From Candidatus Marinacidobacterales bacterium (GTDB taxonomy: Bacteria > Acidobacteriota > Vicinamibacteria > Marinacidobacterales > SMYC01), in contig CBDEGF010000003.1 of the NCBI GenBank assembly GCA_965237685.1, positions 1,276,069 through 1,340,068 of the forward strand: a stretch of DNA of 64,000 bases, given 5' to 3'. A model generated the notes under the pieces. The model was not told where the DNA came from. It did not search any database and saw only the letters and a list, made by a program, of their open reading frames with translations. Below, in pieces: positions 55,863 to 64,000 of this stretch; position 1 is the stretch's first letter, and each line of letters starts with the position of its first letter. The position numbers and the translations under genes were made by a program.

Positions 55863-58772
55863 ATGCGCGACCGCGTCCGGGACGTCCTCATGGTCTCGAG
55901 TCTCTACGACTACTTCATCCTGTCCCAGGACGGCCGGCTGAACGAGCAGTTCCTCGGCGAGTTCCTCGAGCTCAACCTCCGCTACACGCCCAACCTCACC
56001 CACGTCTTCCACGGCGAGGATGCGCTCGAGCTGGCGAGAGACACCGGGCGCTACAACCTCATCATCACATCCACCGAGCTGGGCGATATGAACGTCGTCG
56101 AGCTGGCTCATCGGCTGCGCGAGAACGGCATCGACACACCCCTGGTGCTCCTCGCCTACGATCCGCAGGCTCTCAACGAGTTCAGCGCCAAACATAACCT
56201 GTCAGAGATCGAGCGTACTTTCTTGTGGCAAGGAGATGTGCGGATTCTGCTCGCGATCACAAAGTACATCGAAGACAAGATGAACGTCGCCTACGACACC
56301 GGGGTCGCCGGGGTCCAGGCGATCATCGTCATCGAAGACAACATTCGCTACTACTCGTCCTTCATGCCCATGATCTATACGGAGCTCGTCAAACACTCGC
56401 AGAGCCTGGTGCCGGAAGGCATCAACCTGACCCACAAGCTCATGCGCATTCGGGCCCGCCCGAAGCTCCTCCTCTGCGACCACTACGAGGAAGCCTGGAG
56501 CTACTTCGAGACCTATTCCAGCGAGATCCTGGGCATCATTTCTGATATCAAGTTCCCGAAAGACGGAGAGTCCTGTCCCGATGCCGGTGTGCGCTTCGCC
56601 CGTGAGGCCCGGAAAATCCGCCCCGACGTCCCGATCATGCTCCAGTCGAGCCGGCCGGAGAACGAGGAGGAAGCCCGTTCGGTGAACGCGTCCTTCGGAC
56701 TCAAGGGATCGCGACGGCTTCTCGACCAGGTCCGCAACTTCATGGTGGAGAGCTTTCGCTTCGGCCCGTTCGTTTTTCGGCTCCAGGACGGTACGGAGAT
56801 CGCACGCGCCCCGGACCTGAAGACGCTCGAGCAGCTGATGTACACCGTTCCGGCGGAAAGCCTGGCCTATCACGGTGAGCGGAACGATTTCTCCAACTGG
56901 CTCAAGGCGCGCACGGAGTTCGCCCTGGCCGACAAGCTGCGGCCACGCAAAGTCAGCGATTTCGCAACGATGGAAGACCTGCGGCAAGAGGTCATCCGCT
57001 CCATCGCGGAGTATCGGAAAGAACGTAATCGTGGTCTCGTCGCCGATTTCGATCGTCATTCGTTCGACGGAAGCGGCTTCTATCGCATCGGAACCGGTTC
57101 ACTCGGAGGCAAAGCACGCGGGCTGGCCTTCATCAACACGCTGCTGAACGAATACCACGTCGACCGCGACATTCCGAACGTGAGTATCTCCGTTCCTTTG
57201 TCCGTCGTCCTGGCCACGGATATCTTCGACCGTTTCCTCGAGGACAACGCTCTGGCCAGCTTCGCCATGAGCTCGGAGGACTACGAGCAGATTCAGATAC
57301 GCTTCGTCGAAGGCGATTTTTCGCAGGACATTCGCGATGATCTGGCCGCCTTCCTCCGAATCGCGAACTATCCGCTGGCAGTCCGCTCGTCCAGCCTTCT
57401 CGAGGACTCTCAGTATCAGCCGTTCGCGGGTGTCTACGAGACACACATGCTCCCGAACGAACACTCGGAGCCGGGGGTGCGCCTCGAGCAGCTCCTGACG
57501 ACCATCAAGCGCGTCTATGCTTCCACCTTCTCCAACCGCGCGAAGAATTTCATCGACGCCACGAACTACCGTCTCGAAGAAGAGAAGATGGCGGTCATCA
57601 TCCAGAGAGTCGTCGGGGCGCCGGCCGGGGATCGCTTCTACCCTGACTTCGCCGGGGTCGCGCGCTCCTACAACTTCTACCCCACCGCTCCTGCGACCTC
57701 CGAAGACGGCATCGCTGCGGTCGGTCTCGGGCTGGGCAAGACGGTCGTCGACGGTGGCTGCTGCGTCCGCTTTTCACCCAGATACCCGCGCCATTCGCTT
57801 CAGTTCTCTTCCGTCGACGAGATTCTGAAGAATTGCCAGCGCGAGTTCTACGCCATTCGCCTGGGAGGCGATGCCGGCGATGCCGGCGACTGGCACGAAT
57901 GCTGCGTCGATCTGGGCTCCTGGGGACTCGATGTCGCGGAAGCGGACGGAACGCTCGCGGCGGTCGGCTCCACCTACTCGAGCGAGAACGATGCCGTCTA
58001 TGACGGCGTTTCCCGGCCTGGAGTCCGACTGGTAACCCTCGCGCCGGTACTCAAGCACGGGCGCTTTCCGCTGGCAGGAATCCTCGAGACGCTGCTCGAG
58101 CTGGGCGAGCTCGGGACCGGGGCCCCGGTGGAGCTCGAATTCGCGGTGACGCTGAGGACCCCCCCGGGCGTGGACGAGGAGTTCGGTTTCCTGCAGCTGC
58201 GACCTCTTGCCCTGTCGAAAGAGATGGAGGACGTCGAGCTGGACGAGGTCGACGAGCGCGAGCTCGTCTGCGGCAGCGAGAGCGTTCTCGGCAACGGCAA
58301 GATCACCGATCTGATGGACGTTGTCGTAGTCGACTATCTCCGCTTCGAGCGCACCCAGAGTCAAGATGCCGCGAGGATCGTGGGGCAGCTCAACCGCGAC
58401 CTCCGGGCGGCGGCTCGTCCCTATCTGCTCATCGGCGTCGGCCGCTGGGGCTCGAGCGAACCGTTCCTCGGGATCCCGGTCACGTGGGCTCAGATCGCCG
58501 GTGCCAGGGTCATCGTCGAGGCAGGCTTTCGCGATCTGCAGGTCACGCCGTCTCAAGGCACTCATTTCTTTCAGAACCTGACGTCGAGCAACGTCGGCTA
58601 CTTCACCGTCAATCCCGAGGCGGGGCAGGGCTTCCTGGACTGGGAGTGGCTCTCGGCGCAGAAGGCCATTTTCGAAGAGAGCCACGTACGGCACCTTCGC
58701 TTCGACACACCTCTCGTCGTGAAGATGAATGGAAAGCAGCACGCCGGAAGGATCTACAAACCCGCGAAGTAA
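55863..58772 (+). CDS. PEP/pyruvate-binding (PPDK N-terminal, ATP-grasp-like) domain protein with two degenerate receiver-like N-terminal domains
   Basis: ORF track. FDGSGFYRIGTGSLGGKARGLAFINTLL...VPLSVVLATDIFDRF...LAVRSSSLLEDSQ is the pyruvate phosphate dikinase / PEP synthase nucleotide-binding domain pattern. N-terminal CheY-like folds lack the phospho-acceptor Asp context. Confidence 0.6.
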   Translation: MRDRVRDVLMVSSLYDYFILSQDGRLNEQFLGEFLELNLRYTPNLTHVFHGEDALELARDTGRYNLIITSTELGDMNVVELAHRLRENGIDTPLVLLAYDPQALNEFSAKHNLSEIERTFLWQGDVRILLAITKYIEDKMNVAYDTGVAGVQAIIVIEDNIRYYSSFMPMIYTELVKHSQSLVPEGINLTHKLMRIRARPKLLLCDHYEEAWSYFETYSSEILGIISDIKFPKDGESCPDAGVRFAREARKIRPDVPIMLQSSRPENEEEARSVNASFGLKGSRRLLDQVRNFMVESFRFGPFVFRLQDGTEIARAPDLKTLEQLMYTVPAESLAYHGERNDFSNWLKARTEFALADKLRPRKVSDFATMEDLRQEVIRSIAEYRKERNRGLVADFDRHSFDGSGFYRIGTGSLGGKARGLAFINTLLNEYHVDRDIPNVSISVPLSVVLATDIFDRFLEDNALASFAMSSEDYEQIQIRFVEGDFSQDIRDDLAAFLRIANYPLAVRSSSLLEDSQYQPFAGVYETHMLPNEHSEPGVRLEQLLTTIKRVYASTFSNRAKNFIDATNYRLEEEKMAVIIQRVVGAPAGDRFYPDFAGVARSYNFYPTAPATSEDGIAAVGLGLGKTVVDGGCCVRFSPRYPRHSLQFSSVDEILKNCQREFYAIRLGGDAGDAGDWHECCVDLGSWGLDVAEADGTLAAVGSTYSSENDAVYDGVSRPGVRLVTLAPVLKHGRFPLAGILETLLELGELGTGAPVELEFAVTLRTPPGVDEEFGFLQLRPLALSKEMEDVELDEVDERELVCGSESVLGNGKITDLMDVVVVDYLRFERTQSQDAARIVGQLNRDLRAAARPYLLIGVGRWGSSEPFLGIPVTWAQIAGARVIVEAGFRDLQVTPSQGTHFFQNLTSSNVGYFTVNPEAGQGFLDWEWLSAQKAIFEESHVRHLRFDTPLVVKMNGKQHAGRIYKPAK

Positions 58773-58791
58773 GCTATAGTTACGGCGTTTC

Positions 58792-61074
58792 ATGAAAATC
58801 GCCTGCATAGGAGGTGGGCCGGCGGGGCTCTACTTCGCCATCTCCGCCAAGCTTCGCGACACCTCCCACGAGATCCACGTCTACGAGCGCAACCGGCCCG
58901 ACGATACCTTCGGCTGGGGCGTCGTCTTCTCCGACCAGACCTTCCAGAACCTGAAGGATAACGACTCTGTTTCCGCCGAGAGAATTCTTTCTTCCTTCTA
59001 CCGCTGGGAGGACATCGACGTTCACTTCCGGGGGACGTGCCTCACCACGACCGGTCACGGGTTCGCCGGAATTTCCCGGAAGAAGATGCTCCTCCTGCTT
59101 CAGGAGCGGGCCCGAGAGCTCGGCATCGAGCTCCACTTCGAGACCGAGGTCGAGAGCCTGGACGACTACCGGGATTGCGACCTCGTTATCGCCTCCGATG
59201 GCAGCAACAGCAGGATCCGGGAGCATTTTTCCGAGCACTTCCAGCCCGATATCGATGTTCGTCCGAACAAGTTCATCTGGCTGGGGACGCATCGCCTTTT
59301 CGACGCCTTTACCTTCATCTTCCAGGAGACCGAGCACAGCTGGATCCAGGTGCACGCCTACCGTTTCGACGCCGACACGAGTACCTTCATCGTCGAATGT
59401 ACGGACGAGACCTGGCGCAAGCACGGCGTCGACCAGATGAGCAAGGAGGAGGAGATCGTCTTCTGCGAGGAGATCTTCGGCGCATATCTCGAGGGGCACC
59501 GGCTGATGAGCAACGCGAAACACCTCCGCGGCTCGTCCTGGCTGAACTTTGCGCGGGTCAGCAACGCGCGATGGTCTCACAAGAACGTCGTTCTGATCGG
59601 CGACGCCGCGCATACCGCTCACTTTTCCATCGGTTCCGGCACCAAGCTCGCCATGGAGGATGCCATCGATCTGGCCGACCGCCTGCAGAGCGCGGACAGC
59701 CTGAGAAAGGCCCTCGAGACCTACGAGGCGGAACGCAAGATCGAAGTGCTGCGTTTGCAAAGCGCCGCCCGCAACAGCACGGAGTGGTTCGAGAACGTCG
59801 AGCGCTATGCGAAATTCGAGCCCCCGCAGTTCTCCTATTCCTTGCTGACCCGGAGCCAGCGCGTCAGCCACGAAGGCCTGCGCAAGCGCGACCTGCGCTG
59901 GATGGACGACTACGAGCACTGGTTTGCAAGCAGAGCCAGTGCACCGGCGACCGACGCGCGACTTCCACCGATGTTCACGCCCGTCCGCCTGCGCGAGCTC
60001 GAGCTCGCCCACCGCGTGGTGGTCTCGCCGATGTGCATGTACAGTGCGGAAGACGGCACGCCAGGAGACTTCCATCTCGTACATCTCGGCTCGCGCGCCA
60101 TCGGGGGCGCCGCGCTCATCTTCACCGAAATGACCAACGTTGCCCGCGACGCCCGCATCAGTCCCGGCTGCACCGGAATGTACCGGACCGAGCACCTGAC
60201 CGCCTGGAAGCGCATCGTCGACCTCGTGCACGACGAGAGCGCCTCGAAGATCGGTCTCCAGCTCGGCCACGCCGGCCCGAAGGGATCGACCCGGCTCGCC
60301 TGGGAAGGGATGGACGAGCCTCTGGAGCACGGGAACTGGCCCGTCATCGGCCCGTCCGAGATCCCCTACGGACCCGCGAACCAGATACCGCATCCCATGA
60401 GTCGCGAGGACATGGATCGGGTCGTCGAAGAGTTCGAGCGTGCGGCGCGGATGGGCGCGGAAGCCGGCTTCGATCTTCTGGAGCTTCATTGCGCGCACGG
60501 TTACCTGCTGTCCGCGTTCATCACCCCGCTCCTGAACCAGCGTACCGACGAGTACGGCGGCCCTCTCACCCATCGGTTGAGATTCCCTCTCGAGGTCTTC
60601 GGCGCCTGCCGGGCGGTATGGCCGGAGGCCAAACCCATGTCGGTGCGCATCTCCGCAACGGACTGGCTGGAAGGCGGGATCGACGGGGACGACGCCGTCG
60701 AGATCGCACGCGCGTTCAAGGCGGCGGGCGCGGATATCATCAACGTGTCCGCCGGACTGACGAGTCCCCGGGCCCGCCCCGTCTACGGACGCATGTACCA
60801 GACCCCTTTCAGCGATCGCATTCGAAACGAAGCAGGCATCCCCACGATGGCGGTGGGCAATATCTTCGAGATCGATCACGTGAACAGCATCATCGCGGCG
60901 GGCCGTGCCGACCTGTGCTGTCTCGCCCGGCCTCACCTCGCCGACCCTTACTGGACGCTCCACGCCGCAGCGAGACAGGATGTCGACCTGAAGTGGCCGA
61001 TGCAGTACCTGGCCGGGCAGAAGCAGTTCGAGCGCAACTTGAAGCGCCCGGCCGGAATGGCAATAGATATCTAA
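58792..61074 (+). CDS. bifunctional FAD-dependent aromatic-acyl-CoA hydroxylase / Old-Yellow-Enzyme oxidoreductase (salicylyl-CoA 5-hydroxylase or 2-aminobenzoyl-CoA monooxygenase-reductase type)
   Basis: ORF track. N-terminal [16 protein letters not shown] (FAD GxGxxG), [31 protein letters not shown]-terminal OYE module [25 protein letters not shown]. Confidence 0.8.
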   Translation: MKIACIGGGPAGLYFAISAKLRDTSHEIHVYERNRPDDTFGWGVVFSDQTFQNLKDNDSVSAERILSSFYRWEDIDVHFRGTCLTTTGHGFAGISRKKMLLLLQERARELGIELHFETEVESLDDYRDCDLVIASDGSNSRIREHFSEHFQPDIDVRPNKFIWLGTHRLFDAFTFIFQETEHSWIQVHAYRFDADTSTFIVECTDETWRKHGVDQMSKEEEIVFCEEIFGAYLEGHRLMSNAKHLRGSSWLNFARVSNARWSHKNVVLIGDAAHTAHFSIGSGTKLAMEDAIDLADRLQSADSLRKALETYEAERKIEVLRLQSAARNSTEWFENVERYAKFEPPQFSYSLLTRSQRVSHEGLRKRDLRWMDDYEHWFASRASAPATDARLPPMFTPVRLRELELAHRVVVSPMCMYSAEDGTPGDFHLVHLGSRAIGGAALIFTEMTNVARDARISPGCTGMYRTEHLTAWKRIVDLVHDESASKIGLQLGHAGPKGSTRLAWEGMDEPLEHGNWPVIGPSEIPYGPANQIPHPMSREDMDRVVEEFERAARMGAEAGFDLLELHCAHGYLLSAFITPLLNQRTDEYGGPLTHRLRFPLEVFGACRAVWPEAKPMSVRISATDWLEGGIDGDDAVEIARAFKAAGADIINVSAGLTSPRARPVYGRMYQTPFSDRIRNEAGIPTMAVGNIFEIDHVNSIIAAGRADLCCLARPHLADPYWTLHAAARQDVDLKWPMQYLAGQKQFERNLKRPAGMAIDI

Positions 61075-61191
61075 GAAAACAAAACGCAGAGGCACGGAGA
61101 AAGAGAGAAACGACAAGGAACCCAGGAAACCAGGAAAAAAATCGGGACCGCGGCGGGACGAATCCGCGAAGGTGCTTTCGGAACAGTTCAA

Positions 61192-61229
61192 CGCAGAGGC
61201 GCAGAGGCGCAGAGGCGCAGAGGCGCAGA
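61192..61229. repeat. tandem octamer repeat (GCAGAGGC) x ~4.5
   Basis: cgcagaggcgcagaggcgcagaggcgcagaggcgcaga. A single related unit is at 61085-61096. Confidence 0.8.
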
Positions 61230-61353
61230 AAAAACCCGAACAAGAATGAGCGGTTTACAGTTTCTTTCCAAACATCTCTTCGGCGGATTCGAGCCTTCCG
61301 CACTTTCTTCTCCGCGTCTCCGCGTTGATATTTTCCGATGAGTCTGTGGAGGG

Positions 61354-61700
61354 GTGCCGATGAAAATGGCCGACTTCCAGCCCGAGCACTTCCAATGGAG
61401 AGTCGATGGCACGGTTGCGACCGTGACCCTCGATCGCCCGGAGCGGAAGAATCCGCTGACGTTCGAATCCTACGCCGAGCTCCGTGACACGTTCCGCCGG
61501 CTGACCGAGGCCGAGGACGTCGATGCCGTCGTCATCACCGGGGCGGGCGAGAATTTCTGCTCCGGCGGCGACGTGCACGAGATTATCGGCCCTCTCACCC
61601 GAATGGACATGAAGGGCTTGTTGAGGTTCACCCGTATGACCGGCGACCTCGTGAAGGCCATACGCGGCTGTCCCCAGCCCGTGCTTGCCGCCGTCGACGG
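61354..61700 (+). pseudogene. enoyl-CoA hydratase/isomerase (crotonase) N-terminal ~110-aa fragment, fused or truncated into the following ligase gene
   Basis: [27 protein letters not shown]...[23 protein letters not shown]...[11 protein letters not shown]. The expected GGG.ELAL.CD.R continuation is scrambled across frames. Confidence 0.5.
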
Positions 61701-61786
61701 AGTCTCGATGCCTCTGTTGCGACAGCGGGAGCTCGCCGTCATCGTGGACAAGGCAAATGTCTCGCTTGCCATCTGCGATCGGGCGG

Positions 61787-62983
61787 CTCGAAGACGAGCT
61801 GAGCGGAGCCCTCTCGGCTTGCCCGGCCCTGGAGCGGGTCGTCCATTTCGACGGCCAGGGTGACGACGACGAGCTGGAGCAGATGATGGCTTCACGAGAC
61901 GCGGGCTTCGAGAACGCTTCGACCGCAGTCGACGATCCGGTGCTCATCGCTTTCACCTCGGGGACCACCGGGAAGCCAAAGGGAACGGTGCACTTCCACC
62001 GCGATCTTCTCGCATCGGCCGACACCTTCTTTCGCTCGACGCTTCCCGCGAGTGCCGAGGACGTCTTCAGCGGAACACCTCCCATCGCGTTCACGTTCGG
62101 CCTCGGGATGCACGTGATCTTTCCGATGCGCGTGGGTGCCAGGGTGGCTCTCATCGAGAGGCCGTCTCCCGAAGCTGTCATCGAGACTTGCGAGCGCTTC
62201 GGCGTGAGCATCCTCGCAACCGCACCGACCGCCTATCGCGCCACCCTGCCACTGGTGCGGGAAGCGGACGTTTCGAGGTTGAGACATTGTGTGTCGGCGG
62301 GAGAGACCCTGCCGCTGCCCACGTTCGAGTCGTGGCACGAGGCAACCGGGCTGCGCATCATCGACGGTATCGGCGCCACCGAGATGTTTCACATCTTCAT
62401 CAGCGCCGCAGGAGACGATATCCGCCCCGGGGCGACGGGAAAGGCGGTTCGCGGCTACCAGGCGAGGGTCCTGAACGACGATTTCGAGCCGGTGCCCGCA
62501 GGCGAGGTGGGCCGGCTGGCGATTCGCGGTCCGACCGGCTGCCGTTACCTCGCCGACGAGCGCCAGCGGGACTACGTGAAAAGGGGGTGGAATCTGACCG
62601 GAGATGCCTACGTCCTGAACGAGGACGGCTTTTTCTGGTTCCAGGCCCGCGCCGACGACATGATCATCGCATCCGGCTACAACATCTCGGGACCGGAAGT
62701 CGAAGAAGCGCTTCTGGCCCACACCGCAGTGAAAGACTGCGCCGTCGTCGCCTCCCCGGACCCGGAGCGCGGCAACGTCGTCAAAGCGTTCGTCGTCCTG
62801 GCCGAAGGTCATCGGGGCACGGAGGAGATGGTCTCCGAGCTCCAGGAGTTCGCCAAGAAGGAGATCGCGCCCTACAAGTACCCGCGCGTCGTCGAGTTCA
62901 TCGAAACCCTGCCCAGAACCGAGACCGGGAAGATCCAGCGCTATCGGCTGCGGCAACGCGAGCGCGAAGGAGGCGACGCTTGA
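61787..62983 (+). pseudogene. AMP-dependent aryl-CoA synthetase/ligase lacking ~125 N-terminal residues
   Basis: LIAFTSGTTGKPKGTVH (AMP-binding motif) lies only ~57 aa after homology begins. GYNISGPEVEEAL, PRTETGKIQR C-terminal motifs. No in-frame start or N-terminal domain upstream. Confidence 0.6.
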
Positions 62984-63222
62984 GTGGTCATCAGATTCTT
63001 CTGCCCCCTGGATGGCCGCGCCCGAAGGGCTACGCGAACGGCGTCGCCGCGGAGGGTCGAATGGTCTTCGTCGCAGGCATGATCGGCTGGGACGAGGAGG
63101 AAAAGCTCACCAGCAACGATTTCGTCGAGCAGCTTCGCCGGGCGCTCGCGAACACGATAGCCGTGCTGCGAGAAGGCGGCGCGAGCCCTGAGCACGTGGT
63201 CCGAATGACGTGGTACGGTGAG
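62980..63222 (+). pseudogene. RidA/YjgF-family protein, truncated after ~80 aa by the downstream IS66-type element
   Basis: TTG start overlaps the ligase stop (GGAGG RBS). GYANGVAAEGRMVFVAGMIGWD...DFVEQLRRALANTIAVLREGGASPEHVVRMTWY matches RidA. The last ~45 residues are missing. Confidence 0.5.
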
Positions 63223-63239
63223 TTTCCGGCAAGCGTGCG

Positions 63240-64000
63240 TTAGGGTCTGATTTCTTTGGGACGTGCGTGCGTCTGCTCGTTTTTGGAGCCGCGAGCGAGT
63301 GTGTCTCGGTAGTTCCAGGGCAGCCAGTCCGCGGGGTTCGCGTGGATTTCGCCGCGATGTCGAATGAGCTCGGTGAGGTAGTGGAAGGGATCGACGCCGT
63401 TGAGCTCGGCGGTGTGGATGAAGCTGAGGAAGATGTCTCCGACCCGGGCGCCGTTTTTCGTCTTGTAGAACAGGGAGTTCTTCCGATGCAGAATGGCTTT
63501 CTTCAATGCGCGTTCGCACAGATTATTGTCGAGGGGTGCGCCTGGCACCCTCAGGAATCGGGTGAGCTTGTCCCAGTGTTTGAGCATGTAACGGATGGCC
63601 TCGCCAAGACCTGAGTTCGGTTCCACCTTCTTGTCGGCAAGCTGCGCCTTGAACCAAGCCTTGAGCTCTTTGAGAATCGGTTCGCTCTCGGCCTGATGCA
63701 AGCGCAATCGTTTCTCGGGCGAGAGCCCTCGCTCGCGAGCGAGAGCATCGATTCGGTACACTTCGGCAAGCACCTCAATCACGTAGAGGCACTCTTGCGG
63801 GAAGTTCTCCACAACCTTCACGAAGTACCTGCGGCCATGCGTAAGGCAGTTTGAGAGGATGGTTTCGAACTCCTTGGGAAGATTGCGTGAAAGCGCATCG
63901 CACATCTGGATCGGCGGAGGGAGCTCCGAAGCCCGTTGAGCGAGTAACGTGGCTGAGGTTCTCGCCTGCGTGCTTGCGCCCGGTGAAGAAAAGCGCGATC
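63240..64000 (-). mobile_element. tnpC: third, divergent IS66-family transposase (TnpC 3' ~250 codons). It continues beyond the window end and is not flanked by the TIRs of copies A and B.
   Basis: ...CLTHGRRYFVKVVENFPQE...VEPNSGLGEAIRYMLKHWDKLTRFLRVPGAPLDNNLCERALKKAILHRKNSLFYKTKNGARVGDIFLSFIHTAELNGVDPFHYLTELI...ADWLPWNY is homologous (about 45% identity by eye) to copy A TnpC. The frame stays open to 64000. Confidence 0.85.

Noticed and set aside
61192-61229. CRISPR array
   Set aside because: The repeats are 8 nt and contiguous, with no spacers. No cas genes are present. It is a simple tandem repeat.
58780-61328. 803-aa minus ORF and 763-aa alternative plus frame over the hydroxylase-OYE gene
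   Set aside because: Both are R/P/G-rich with no domain signatures. The annotated frame has the FAD and OYE motifs.

Overview
This is a 64-kb, roughly 65% GC bacterial chromosomal segment. Remnants of a DUF1501/PSD1 gene pair and sortilin/BNR-type glycosyl hydrolases suggest an Acidobacteria- or Planctomycetes-like environmental organism, but that is inference only.

Intact housekeeping genes are present: the 5' part of glpD, cytochrome c peroxidase, aquaporin, leuB, gdhA, an S9 peptidase, an amidohydrolase, an SSF transporter and a rhomboid protease. They sit among an unusually large amount of decayed DNA:
- an IS21 remnant;
- two near-identical copies of a 3.5-kb IS66-family element with an atypical gene order. 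Each copy is flanked by an 8-bp target duplication and each lies inside a host gene;
- a third, divergent IS66 transposase at the window end;
- more than ten gene fragments or frameshifted genes, two of which carry short in-place inversions.

The centrepiece is an intact, tightly packed six-gene plus-strand operon at 30182-41259, preceded by a 640-bp AT-rich leader. It encodes:
- an NfeD/YqiJ-like membrane protein;
- a flotillin (SPFH);
- a 1792-aa giant protein carrying a dynein/MoxR-type AAA_5 ATPase module;
- a PspA/IM30 (ESCRT-III superfamily) protein;
- a tandem-AAA ATPase with a degenerate D1 and a classic D2, architecturally Cdc48/Vps4-like;
- a translationally coupled 72-aa protein.

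I read this as a candidate, apparently undescribed membrane-remodelling or membrane-stress module. It combines an ESCRT-III-like polymer, a Vps4-like disassemblase, a flotillin-NfeD scaffold and a giant mechano-ATPase.

All functional calls rest on motif recognition in the translated sequence. No database search was run.
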